Below are positions 1 through 11,745 of a DNA stretch of 64,000 nucleotides, piece by piece; position 1 is the first letter of the stretch; each line of letters opens with the position of its first letter. The DNA lies in contig NW_003314276.1 in assembly GCF_000143415.4 (NCBI RefSeq), positions 2,479,072-2,543,071 on the forward strand, given 5' to 3'. Below the pieces are notes generated by a model. It made no database searches. It was given only the letters and a program-made list of their open reading frames with translations, and was not told the DNA's origin. Made by a program: the position numbers and the translations under genes. The DNA comes from Selaginella moellendorffii (Eukaryota; Plantae; Lycopodiophyta).

Positions 1-1287
1 CTGGAGATCCAACCGTTAGATTGCAACTAGATTTTACAGAATGGTATACAATGTCCTTCTTGATGACCCTGCAAAGAAGCATCTCGATCAGACACCACAT
101 GAGACCACACGAGCCTTACAATGTTTCAGGGGCATTTGCCATAGATCCGACCGTTATTTTGCTCCAAGATTCTACAGTTTGGTGTGCATTGACCTTTCCA
201 TCGACACTGCAAAGGGACATCACAATCAGATGCGGGATCACAAGAAACCAACTTCACTAACTCTGGTTTCACCAAGATCTACGTAAGGAGTTATGAAATG
301 AAAGGACCCTCTCTATTGAAATGTGTTTATGGTCCTAGGGGCATTGTGACATATCCAAGGATTTTGTATCAAGTTCTGTATTTGCATGTTTATCAAGCTA
401 CTGAATTGCTAAACCCTAAACCCTAAACATGTGGCAAATGCTGCGTGAAGAAAGATGCCCTTTCTGGGCAAATGCTGTAAGAGGCAGATGCCGAGCAGAT
501 GTATCTCAGGCTAATGAAGGGGACAAACGAAAGCTAGCTATAAATATGATGGGATGCAAATAGATTACTAGGCTGGTCCTGCGAAAATCAAAAACCATAA
601 TTGAAAACATTGAAAATGCAAAAAGAAAGGTTTATAATATTTTTGAATTTTAAGCAACCAAAGGAATGTAAGTAGGGCATTTGTTTGTAAGTTTAAAAAT
701 GCCTCAATCACTTAAATTCCCAAGTAAATAAAGCTGTTTCTATTTTTGGTACAGGTAAACTTTATAGCGTGTGGGCTCATGCAATTTTGAACCCAAAAAT
801 GCACCAAAAAATGCTCGACTAGCATTATTCTTTGAATGGCATGTGGCCTTATATTGCCATAAATGGACGTACACACACAGCATAATTATTCCTTTACACG
901 GCGAATAATCTTGGCGCGGATCGTTGACATGGCATGGCAAAGTTCGAATCACTGACATGGCACAGCTGGATCGAGGCAAGGACATGATGTGACAAAGTTC
1001 AACCTCCAACAGCAAAGTCTAGAAGCTACTCAGTTTGAAATTTGTCAGAGGAATCATAAGATCTGGTTTGTCAAAGGATTTGATGTGACGTTCAAGCGTG
1101 TGTTATTTTTGAATTCTCGAACTCATTCCTAGGTCTATCATTTTTGTGCACCATGTTCTTGGTTCCGCTGAGCGCAGTGAGCGCTGCTTGTGTAAGCGGC
1201 GTTGTGAGCTGTGGTTTATGCGTCTACAAGCGGTTGCAGCATTGCGAGCGCCATTGCAAGCGGTAGTTTATGCGAGTGGCAGTTTGT

Positions 1288-1387
1288 GCGAGCGGCGCTA
1301 TGAGCAGTTGCGGTGTTGCGAGCGGCGCTACGAGTAGTTGCGGTGTTGCGAGCGGCGCTACGAGTAGTTGCGGTGTTGCAAGCGGCA
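1288..1387. repeat. 30-bp GC-rich tandem repeat (~3.3 copies)
   Basis: AGCGGCGCTAYGAGYAGTTGCGGTGTTGCR at 1291, 1321 and 1351. Confidence 0.9.
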
Positions 1388-1743
1388 CTGTCTTTGGTGT
1401 GGCTACCGCTTCCTCTTGATATTCGGCACTTGTGCTTCCTGGTATGTTCACCATGGAATGGTTTAGGACCACATTTAGAAATGGCATAAGGCCACATGCC
1501 ATCTTGGGCCCTTGCAATTTCATGGCTAGCGTATTGTCATGTATGTTTTTACTTGCCTGCAGCTGTGTGTATATCAAGATGGCATGAGGCCTCATGCCAA
1601 TTTTGTGAATGTGAAATTTCACGTGGGTGTCAATAGCATGTTTGAATAATGGCATGTGGCCTCATGCTATTTGGTATGTTATGATTTAGGCCATTCTCCA
1701 ATCATTTTTTGTATGGTCTTAACTTCTTTTCTGCACTTTCAGA

Positions 1744-4720
1744 ATGGCCTTCAAGGTTGGGGAAAAGGTTTACATTTTGAATGGTGGGAAGAGAGTTGCA
1801 AAAGGGACCCTTGTGTCTATGGATCGGAACTTTGTTATACACTGTCAAAGGCTTGGGGAAGGCAATGCTGCTGTATCAGTAGAGACTGTCTTCGATGGGA
1901 ATGTGGTTGCTATTGAACGAGGAGAGATGGTCGTCGGGGTAAATGTTGTTGTTGCCTTGAAAAATCTGCAGAAGAAAGCAGATGTTGGGGACAGCGCAAG
2001 TGCGACGCATGTTCCCTCCGTGGATCTTAAGAACCGTGCTACATGGATTCAGGCAAAGGTGTTTCTAAACAACCCTGAGGGGGAGGTGGTAGCTGAGGGC
2101 TTAGCCACAGTTGTCGATCCAAGAGATGCGGTTGCTAATCAAGAATTGGGCTGGGATGATATCGGAGTTGCGATTTTAGAGGTTGTTGACACAGAAGAAA
2201 ATAATCTGACTATTGGAAGCATTGTGCGGTGGAAATTGAGGCATTTAGTGTTTGAGAATGTGAAGGATTCACAATCAAACACCACTACAACTGATGACAG
2301 AACATCTCTTCATGGGAAAAGAAAGTACACCTTCCTACAGTGCAGCCAAAGGGATCTGAGCAACGAACCAAAAAGGCAGAAAATGGCGATGGAGGTTCGA
2401 ATGGTCTCGACAGTTGCTTGTTGCAAGAGGAGGTGCTGTCAACATGCTGATTGGGATGCTATTGAAGAGGAGAGAGCAAGATACAAGACATTGTCCTGGA
2501 AGGCAGCTCGCAATTTTGTGTATGAGGCATTACGGTCATCTGTTGATGCTTCAGAACATCAGGTGGGGGGCATGGTCTTCCAGAGGGGTTTGGTCTGCAT
2601 GAAGGCATGGAGAATCATTTATGGAGTCCCTCGAAGCACATTTTACAGAATCAAAACTGAGTTCGAGGAACAAAGGGTTCAACAGGCAGTCCATGGGAAC
2701 GACGGTACGCACAAAACCAGGGGTCATGTTGTATATGGAGAGGCAATCTTCAAGAGGTTTGTCGAGACATGTAGCGAGCAGCAACCACATAAAACCCGCC
2801 TCTTGGAAGATGGAACACGAGACACTCAACGAGTTCTCCCTTCTATGTATACCAAGGGGGCCATATTGGAAGATGTGAATCGGGAACTCCAGAGTAATGG
2901 CTACAGGAAGCTGAGCCAATCTAGATTTAGTAGATTGTGGAGCAACAGGTTCAGGGATGTGAGTATAGGAAAGTACTCCAGCTTTTCAAAGTGTGACGAG
3001 TGCACTGCTATCAAAATGGACCAGAAAAAGACGTGCTTACCTCGACTCAATCCTGCCCCCAAGGCAATCTCTTCATCCATGCAGCTGCCTGTGTCTCTGT
3101 TTGGCATAATCGCTCATGGGCATGGTGCCCAGAACTATGGGAACTTCTTTGTACCTCTATGGGGTGGCGGGGGTGCAAACATGATGATTGCGTCCCTAGC
3201 AAAACACTTAAGGTCTCTGCAAAGTGCGCAGACTGAGCTGAACGGCCAACCCTTGCATAAGGCCCTTGTCGATCGAACCCCATACAAGGTTCAGCTGGAG
3301 GAGGAGCAAAGGCTTGCAGTATCGCGTGGGGCCCCATGCCATCCTAGTGAATATGTTGGCCGTCAGATTGTAGGGTTATCACGTGAGGCCTCATGCCATT
3401 CCGACGAGGCTGGTCGCCCGGTGAATGCACAGCCTCATCCAAACGAAGCAGAATCTCAAGGAAGTTCTTGCGGCCGATGTGGCCTTCCACCCCATCTTCT
3501 GCTCCAAACAGACAATGCTGGCAGTGAGAACAAAAACATGTACGTCTTCGCGTACTTGGCGATGCTTGTTGCCAAAGGCATATTTGAAACGGTTACACTT
3601 GGCTTTCTCATGGTTGGGCACACTCATGAAGACGTCGATGCCATGTTCAGTCACCTGGCAGAGTCCCTCCGGCGATCCAATGTCCTCACCCTCCCACAAC
3701 TCTACGATGAATTCCAAAATTGCATCAAAGGCACTGTTGAAGCTGCACTTGTGACAGAGGTTCCAGACTTTAAGGGGTTTGTAAGAGGCTACATCAGGGA
3801 CGGATCCGAAATGCTGATTTGCCACTCCAAGCCTCTTCAGTTTCATTTCAGCATGCGTGACGATGCTCCAGTGATGAGGTACAAGATGAGAGAATGGGAC
3901 ACAGTGTGGCTGCCAGTGGATGGCATTGAACTCTTCAAGAGAGATCCCATAACTGGGGAACCTATGATTCCTCAGGGTTCCCCACGGCCGATGCACCCGG
4001 ATGGACTCAAAGACCAGGAAAGTATAGTGGCCGGGATTAGACAGCATATTGCCTTCTGGAAGAGGGGGTTGGTGTTTGGTGGAGAATCCTATTTTAAGAG
4101 GTGCAAGCCTTTGCTCGAATACTGGGAGAAGATTATATCTGCTATCCAAAATGGGCCGGTTGTATATGAAGAATTGGAAGAGTCCTTTTGGCCAGAACCC
4201 AGAGCACTAGATAGTAGCGGAACAATGTCCTCTGGAAATGCAGTGACAGATAACAATGTTGAGGATCACTATTGTGGGCCGAGGAACAAGAAGCCGGATT
4301 CAGCATTCAATCCAGTACAGGTCTGCAAAGGAATGGTCGTGCTTGTCAGACCCAGTAATAAAAAACAAATGATATGGGTGGGGCGCTGCATCACTGATGC
4401 AGAGGAGGACGCGGAAACTAACTCCTTCAATGTAACTGTGGAGTGGTTCAAGCCAAGTTCTGGATATACGAAAGATTGCCTAGAAAAGAGATGGGTGCTG
4501 AATCCAAGGGATCCCAGCATGAGCATATCGGTGGATAATGTTGTGCATGGTTGGATGCGGAAGCAGAGTGCCACCATCACCTTGCCAGACCATGCAAGAG
4601 ATGCAGCAAGAGCATTCATAACCCGGGTTCAAGGTGAGATTCATTAATATTCCTTTACTAAGTTTCTAATGTATTTTATTTCAAGGTGAACAATCCGAAT
4701 CTGAATCAGAGGAGGCGTGA
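1744..4720 (+). CDS. Sola-superfamily-like DDD transposase (~975 aa), probably with an in-frame internal deletion
   Basis: 967-aa ORF with CCxxxCC, VCxxAWxxIYGV, FSKCDEC, MDQxKTxLP, LQTDNAGSENKN and FLMVGHTHEDVDAMFS motifs. The ATG follows a polypyrimidine-AG acceptor. A GT-AG intron at 4634-4685 gives a final exon GEQSESESEEA* ending at 4720. Confidence 0.7.
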
Positions 4721-5334
4721 TGGCATGTGGCCCTTTGCACTAGTATATCTTAATACCGGTCTGAGAAATAGAATGGCATGTGCTCTCAGGCCTTTTACTA
4801 AATCACCTTTGAAAGAAATGCAAGCCTCTATGTCGTAAAAAAAAGGTACTAGAGAAATTCCTTAATAATATGAATGTTATTTAGTTTCATGAAAATACAC
4901 TAAGGGTCAAATGAGTTAAATGACTTCTCCAGACTAGCAATGCCTCTTGCTACACCTTCACAATTAGATTCGTTAGAAAAAGATAACATTGAATAATATC
5001 TAAATGTTCTCACCATTAAGTTATATGTCTGGCTAATAGGAATGACATTCATCTTGGAAAGCTCACCACACGCTCAATGAACAAACAAATAGTGTGTGCG
5101 CGCATGCCATCGCTCTTCTTTAGCTTCAGATTTGGCTTGTTCACCTTGACAATGAGATTTATTATACAACCAGATGGACTCAGTCTGGACACAAAGTCAC
5201 CGCGCTAGTCACCATGCCCCAGATATGTCTAGCCCCTGGACAAAAAACATATAATTTCACGTCATTTTCAAATACTTGAAAATTTGTACCTAGTCCCATT
5301 TTACTGAATAAATCCCACTTTAACGAAATAGAGC

Positions 5335-5747
5335 TTATCTCTACTCTTCACAATGGAAAGCTCTATAAAACTTTTCTTTATCAACTGCTTGTGAGATTTG
5401 ACTTCCTACTCTGTGTTCTGGGATCGACACCAAGATGCATTTAGTTTTCACTTAGTTTTACTTTCTGTTGTGCCAGTGCATTCACTTGTTCTTGGTTTTT
5501 GTTGATTCTGTGGTCTGTGCCATTCTTGCCCACCTTCAGTTCTGTTGACGGCCAAGTTCTTAGTGCGGATCGAGGAGTTGTATGACCGGCCAATTGTGTA
5601 GCCTCTCTTTCTATTCTTGTCGGACTTGTAATCTGACTGGCAACCAAATACTCAATTGAGCCAACCATTTCACGATTTCACCATTCTAACCCCTTTTCCC
5701 CTTTATTTCCTTCTTTTCTCCGTAATACCTGTTTTTCCATGATAACA
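5335..5747 (+). mobile_element. Partial LTR (3' part) of the same Gypsy family as the 48768-49537 LTR
   Basis: Reverse-complement match to ~48768-49190; ends ...CCATGATAACA. Confidence 0.85.
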
Positions 5748-6820
5748 AGCACCTTGTGCTTCATTTCTGCCACCAAGTTCCACACCACCACCTATGGCAC
5801 TACCACCAGTAGATTCTCCTATGCTATAGCTAGCTTCTGCATTTCCACGCTCTCTAGAACCATCTAGCTCCTGCATGCTAACACCTGGATCAGGATCAAC
5901 CATTACTTGGATCTGGACACCACTGCTCCCACCATGGTCTTCCTCCAAGGCAACGCTTTGAACTTGTGAGGTGTCCCTAGTGAATCTAGCATAACGATCT
6001 AGTCAATTTCCTGGAGAACGGGTCCATTGAGGTTGACCGGGACGCTTCTTCTGTTGTGGCATGATTTATATATCTGTATGAAAATGACAAATAAACTTGA
6101 TTAAACATTAAAAAAAACCGTGAAGCAGTTCCCTTGGCACTGGGAAGATCGGTTCTTCACCGAACCAATTTTTGCAGCACCAAGGGAACAAAAAAAAGAA
6201 GAAAAGAAGTAGTTTCCTTGGCATTGGGAAGATTGGTTCAGTGATGAACTGATCTTCCCAGCACCAAGGGAACAAAAAAAAGAAGAAAAGAGGTAGTTCC
6301 CTTGGCACTAGGAAGATCAGTTCATCGCCGAACTGATCTTCTCAGCACCAAGGTAAAAAAAAAGAAGAAAAGAAGAAGTTCCCTTGGCATTGGGAAGATT
6401 GGTTCGTTGCCGAACTGATCTTCTCAGCACCAAGGGAAAACAAATAAGAAGAAAAGAAGAAGTTCCCTTGGTGCTGGGAAGATTGGTTCGTCGCTGAACC
6501 GATCTTCCCAGCGCCAATGGAACGACAAGAAACAAATAAAAACCCAAAACCTGATGTGCTGGGAAGATCGGTTTGTCGCTGAACCAATCTTCTCAGTGCC
6601 AATGGAATGACAAGAAAAAAAAAAAACCCAGAATTTGATATGCTAGGAAGATCAGTTCGCTGCTGAACTGATCATTTTAGTGCGAAGTAGCCGTGAGGCA
6701 CAAGTTACTTGCGAGCTAGAAGCAAAAGATGGGGAGATGGAAAAACAACAAAGAGAGGCATACCTTGATTGAAGAGTGTCTTTTTAGTGTCTTGAAGAGC
6801 ATCTAACATTCTGATTGATG
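5748..6820 (-). pseudogene. Remnant 5' part of a gene divergent from a MULE transposase remnant (5' exon, repeat-filled intron, next exon MPQQKKRPG...)
   Basis: Minus-strand donor AAG|GTATGC at ~6760 and acceptor CATACAG at ~6075; telo-box AAACCCTA at ~6858-6880. Same layout as the intact MULE at 41.5 kb. Contains an in-frame stop and is cut by the LTR at 5747. Confidence 0.35.
6128..6685. repeat. Array of ~7 palindromic ~62-bp units with A-rich spacers (~83-bp period)
   Basis: Unit GTTCCCTTGGYRCTGGGAAGATYGGTTC-n6-GAACYGATCTTCYCAGCRCCAAGGGAAC. Confidence 0.9.
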
Positions 6821-7009
6821 AAGCATTCAAGCATTTTTCTCTCGCCCTTCCTTGCTCAAACCCTAGCAGTAAAACCCTAAAAATTAACGGTCACGATCAA
6901 CGGTCATGATCAATTTTTGAACAGTACTTGGATATATTTATAGGACAAATCCACTATGAACATAGATTTCATATGTTCTTTCCAAGGAGACAATCATGCA
7001 ATGCTTTAG

Positions 7010-7342
7010 ATATTAATTGTATAATTAATTGTGAGAGGAATAATACTGTTGAAATGAATGGGGTTATGAGCGAGAGACGCTGATTAATCACAAGAGTTGT
7101 AACATTAATTGCTTGTTCTCCCTCTTATCGAAAAAACCGCGCACGAACCAACCTTTTCGAGCTTGAGTCTTTCTCACTTATCACAAAAGAATGAAACTCT
7201 TTTGAAGGGAAAAGAGCATGGAGATGAGAGGGAGAACAAGCAATTAATGCTACAACTCTCGTGATTAATCAGTGCCTCTCGTTTATAACCCCATTCATTT
7301 CAATAGTATTATTTCTTTCACAATCAATTATACAATTAATAT
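7010..7342. mobile_element. MITE/foldback element with ~120-bp terminal inverted repeats
   Basis: ATATTAATTGTATAATT...GCTTGTTCTCCCTCT pairs with AGAGGGAGAACAAGC...AATTATACAATTAATAT. The TSD could be TA or ATAT. Confidence 0.75.
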
Positions 7343-7520
7343 GGGTGGCTCTTTAACATTCTCATATATCTCTAGATTCTAAACGGTTGTCTATTAAAAT
7401 CTTTAATTTGTCCTTTGCAAGGACATAACTAATTAAAGCTCACAATACAAAAGAATATCTTTGTTCTTTCTTATCAGTTTCTCCCTAAAATTTTTCTAAA
7501 TGCTTGAGCAAGGAGAAGAT

Positions 7521-8015
7521 ATGAGAGAATTCTACTTGAAGTTCAATCAAGAGTCTCCAATTGTTTTCTCTAAGATTGTTATAAAAGAGAGCTTCCTCTG
7601 CAGAAGATTCAAGTTAAAGCCAAGATCAGTTATTTTGGAGAATGTATGTCGGGATAAGGGTAATCAGATAGAAAAATCCATTCTTCTCGATAGTGGTGTG
7701 GGAGAGAATGGGATTCAGTGGGATCCTGATAGACGTACAGGTTAGGAGATTCTAATTATAAAATCTCCCAAACGAGCAGAGGAGAGTGCATCAGTTTCAT
7801 AGCCAATTGTGCAAGGAGTGAAGGATGAAGTTGTTATTCTCTCTAGTGACGAAAGTGAAGAAGATGAGCTTCCCGACATAGCTTCCCATACAAATAAGTG
7901 CATTCTTTCTAGACTAGTTTTTGAAGCAGTGGATAAGGCATTTCGGCAATCTTGATCATTAAGGTTGGAATTAAAGGAGTTTCAATACATGAGAGGTGAG
8001 GAGCTTCCGTCCTTC
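7521..8015 (+). pseudogene. N-terminal remnant of a MULE transposase related to 42324-45648
   Basis: MREFYLKFNQESPIVFSKIVIKESFLCRRF...SGVGENGIQWD aligns with MEGFLLHYQDHPPLSISQSLISESFLCQRF...SGVGEGGQHWD; stops follow. Confidence 0.8.
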
Positions 8016-8700
8016 TGTTGGTGCTTCACCATATAAACTTTTATATGGTCATGATCTAATATTATCAATGGAGTTGGGTTTACCTTCGTGATTGCCATAA
8101 GTTGCTAATGCTAGGTTGTAGGATCACTGAACACTTAGGCCACATACAAGTGGGACAACAACGGCGCTATAACTCCCATCATTGTCCACCTGCAGAGTAC
8201 AAAGTGGATGATTTGGTGTTAGTCCGTTTTCCCCATCTTATGGTACGTGGTTTATCTAAGGGGCTCCTTGTGCAGTGGAAAGGACCGTATCAGGTGTTGC
8301 GGCAATGTGGACCACAAGTTTATGAGGTTCGGCATGACATCCAGCAAGCCGATCCTCTAGAGATTGTGCATGTGTAGCGATTGAAATGCTTCATACAAAG
8401 GGATTAGGAGAGGTTAATACCACCTATAGATCTGCCAATGCCTCCTCCTGATGTTCCTCCAGATCCTGGCCCATCTATAAGAGAACCTTGATGGTCTTCC
8501 ATTATTCCCAGAGGAGGGGATGATGTGAGAGCCAAGTGTACGACTATGATGCCGTATATTAATATTAGTGTAGTGGGATTTTTGGTAGTCATCAGATTGG
8601 TTTTAATTCGGACCACTCATTCCTGTATATAAGCTAAGGTTTTTGGGCTAATTGATATGCACATTTTCTATTTTCCCATTCCATATTCCAAGCACTCACA
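8016..8700 (+). mobile_element. 3' fragment of a Ty3/Gypsy element: integrase C-terminus, PPT and 177-bp LTR (8524-8700)
   Basis: YKVDDLVLVR...WKGPYQV (GPY/F motif); PPT GAGGAGGGGA; LTR TGTGAG...CTCACA with a TATA element. Confidence 0.7.
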
Positions 8701-9180
8701 TATCAAAATTTTAAAAATATTAAATTTGAATTAAGATTCTTTTATAAGGCCACGTATCTATGATACATAATATTATTGACATTATTGTGAAGAGAACACT
8801 TGCAAGTATATGAAATAAAAAATATGTATTTTTAGTAATTATATAAAATATAAAAATATATATTATTGATAGAGAATAAATATAATCTAACTTCCTCCAA
8901 AGGTCTTTTACAACTCAATAATAGTAATGCTCGTTTGCTCCACATTAGGATTTTGGTTCAAGATATTGATGAAGATGTAGTATATATGCTTGCAAGGAGC
9001 CTATGCTTTCTCATATTCCTTGCACTTTATAAAGTTTGGATGTGTGCAAGAAAGGTCTTGAATGGCAATTATGTACTCTTCACCTCTTGTTTTCACAATA
9101 TACTCCTTCACCAATGCAATTATGTACTTATAAAGAGAATCTCACACTTAAGTGTTTGAGTTAAGCTTATTTTACCTTAT
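8701..9180 (-). pseudogene. Decayed 3' end (SWIM domain and 3' UTR) of the MULE transposase
   Basis: Reverse-complement similarity to ~45345-45975. Confidence 0.8.
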
Positions 9181-9189
9181 TAGACATGT

Positions 9190-9850
9190 AGAGCACTTAG
9201 ACCGAGTGTGGAAATAAAGTGGCTAGAAAGCCACTTTTAGAGTTTTAGCAACCCCAAGTTGGGATGAAAACTTATGGAGGTTATAAATGAGACTCCTATA
9301 ACTAGTCAAAGGTGTCATTGACTTAATCATTTATTTGCTATAAATACAGAGACTATCACTACCTTAAATTTAACTATGGTCTACTTAAAAAAAGTCTTTC
9401 CTAATTTTGGTTTACCAAAGTATATTGTTAACAGTAAAGACTCAAAGTTCACTAATGGATTTTGGAAGAGCTTTGTGAAAGTTATACAAGTGAGTTTGAA
9501 GTCTTAAGTGAAGATCATCCTCAAACAAATAAATAAACTACATGTGTGAATCAGGTGGTGAAAGATATACTTTATTGTAGTATTGACCAAAGATAGAGAT
9601 AGTGGGATTTACATTTTTGTTAGTGCAATTCAACTACAATAAAATAGCTAACACAATAGAACCAATTTCAATCTTTACTTTACTATATTTAGAAGGTAAT
9701 CTATAAGATTTGATTTAAGTAAGGATATTCAAGATAAACTTGATTTGAAAGTGACAAATCTAACTATAGAACTTGATAATATTTTAGTGGTGTACTCATG
9801 TATTGTAGCAATAAATGCAAGGTATCTTTATAATCCTCCCATACATTAAA
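9190..9850 (+). mobile_element. Highly decayed Gypsy integrase remnant
   Basis: VFPNFGLPKYIVNSKDSKFTNGFW and HPQT-like motifs, broken by stops. Confidence 0.5.
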
Positions 9851-10208
9851 ATTGAAAGTTGTTTTCAAGTGTATCTTGATTTTGGGCATAGATATAGAAA
9901 CATATTTATAAAGGTCATACACGGGTATTAGACCTATACACATAAGTGTGGTGTCATCTAACTTCTAGGTATCTAACAATATCAATACTATGTGTATAAC
10001 AATAAATTAATATTATTTTATTATAAACTAGTTTTTTTACTATTCATAATAAATTAAAAGTATAATAATATAAATCTAAATTATAAAATAACTACAAGTG
10101 GAGTATATTAAAGAGTAGAGTATTATTTTATATTTTTATATATAGCATCCTATATATATGAGCTAGAATTTAATTAAGTAATTATATTTTTTCTTCTTAT
10201 CAAAATAT

Positions 10209-10616
10209 ATGGGGGTGTTGAGATATTATTTAGTTTTAATATTTATAATTTTAAGTTTTTATTCATGTTTTAGTGCATATATACAAGTATATATCTACAA
10301 TAGAGTTGGTAATGAACTTGAGCTTCATTGTCAATCAAAAGATGATGATCTAGGAATACAAGTTCTTAAAGATAGATTATATTTTATGTTTGATTTTAGG
10401 ACGAGATGGGTTGGACATACTTTATTTTGGTGTAATTTTAAGTTTAAAGGAGGATTACCTGGAGTTTTCACTTCTTATCAGCAAGGTTCACATGAAGATT
10501 ATGAAGAGAAAGAAAAAATAGAATGGTATATATATGGATATGCAATTTTTGAAACTCATAAGCCTTATTATAAAAACGAATGGTCAGTGCCATTCCGAAG
10601 ATATAATAATATATAA
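10209..10616 (+). CDS. S-protein homologue (plant self-incompatibility S1/SPH family secreted protein), 135 aa, single exon
   Basis: Hydrophobic signal peptide, then VYIYN...LELHCQSKDDDLG...FDF...TLFWCNF...W, the SPH (Self-incomp_S1) signature. TATA-like element at ~10151. Confidence 0.9.
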   Translation: MGVLRYYLVLIFIILSFYSCFSAYIQVYIYNRVGNELELHCQSKDDDLGIQVLKDRLYFMFDFRTRWVGHTLFWCNFKFKGGLPGVFTSYQQGSHEDYEEKEKIEWYIYGYAIFETHKPYYKNEWSVPFRRYNNI

Positions 10617-10901
10617 AATAATTAACAATTTCTTGTACTACTCTATAATTAATGAGATACAAAATATATTTGATTAATAGTGAAAACTATAATTTATATT
10701 TAATTTCTTATAAAACACAAGATTTTATATTAAAACTATATAGATAAGAAGTTTTTAAACTTGTTTAACTATATTTGTAAAATATCTTATACTTTAAATA
10801 TATTATATAGTAAAATTAAAAGTATAGATATTTTCTATATCTACATATTATAGAGAATAAATAAATAATAATACCTATTTATGAAGGTATAAATCTTCAC
10901 C

Positions 10902-10904
<3 letters not shown>

Positions 10905-10952
<48 letters not shown>
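10905..10952. repeat. (AT)n microsatellite
   Basis: About 20 uninterrupted AT units. Confidence 0.95.
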
Positions 10953-11299
10953 TAGCAAAGTATATTAATTTTAATAGTAATAGAGCTTATTATCAAGAGA
11001 AGGGATATTACTGAAATAATAAATAATAAATAGTAAAGATGAATTTATAATGAACACTTTAAGTATAAAATCCTCAAAAACCCTAGTTTTATGGAGGCTT
11101 TGCTAGTTGAATCTAGAAACCTAATCTGGTATGGGTCTATGATAGTCCTGCACATGTCTTGGAGTTTAAATTATGTGAGAAAAGATTTAGGTTTTGATTT
11201 CTACCATGGACAATAGTGATAAACATACCTCTCAGTAAATACAAAGAGATGTTAAATACACAATACTAATCATCAAGTAGCAATTGAAGTTGTATAGGA

Positions 11300-11735
11300 C
11301 CAAACTTAAAGCTATTGAAATTCTTAACTAACTTAGAAGCATGAGTAAGATGAGTAGGTTCCCAAGTATGATCACTAAAAGAATACCCATGCTAGTCCAT
11401 TAAATAATAAAATTTGTTATACTGGTACTTTGAATCAAGAATAGCAACAACCTTAAACTCCTACATACCAACAAGGTATGATAAGGTTTTAATAAAGAAA
11501 TATGGAACATAAGATGCAAGCCCATTAATGGTGGAGATCAACCCAATAAGTGATCTTAGAGGTACAAAATTGATAATCAAGCTTATTGTAAGGATGTATG
11601 GTTTTCCAATAATGACAACAAAGCTAAACCTTTGATCCAATAGGAAAAGAAGGACTAGGTTAATAATAAAAATTAGTAACATAATGATGAATAGCTTAAA
11701 CACAATTCTATACTCGTCTTGATTACTCCCTTAAA
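11300..11735 (-). mobile_element. Decayed chromovirus integrase C-terminus/chromodomain remnant
   Basis: Minus-strand KLDYQF and HGYSFSDHTWEP...HLTHASKLVKNF fragments with frameshifts. Confidence 0.5.
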
Positions 11736-11745
11736 TCACAAATGA

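Larger units (their letters stand above)
1..5334 (+). mobile_element. Sola-like DNA transposon (left end probably outside the window), abutting or inserted in an LTR
   Basis: Contains the transposase and a recurrent TGGCATGNGGCC motif. Homology to the 48.8-49.2 kb LTR starts abruptly at ~5335. TIR and TSD cannot be verified. Confidence 0.4.

Noticed and set aside
1-300. Possible second gene of the Sola-like element
   Set aside because: Short ORFs with no recognisable motif, truncated by the window edge.
411-428. Telomere-like AAACCCT repeats (also ~6860, ~41560-41600)
   Set aside because: Only 1-3 units; better explained as promoter telo-boxes than as telomeric arrays.
6128-6685. CRISPR-like palindromic repeat-spacer array
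   Set aside because: Spacers are similar A-rich tracts rather than unique sequences, the repeats are too long, there are no cas genes, and the context is eukaryotic.
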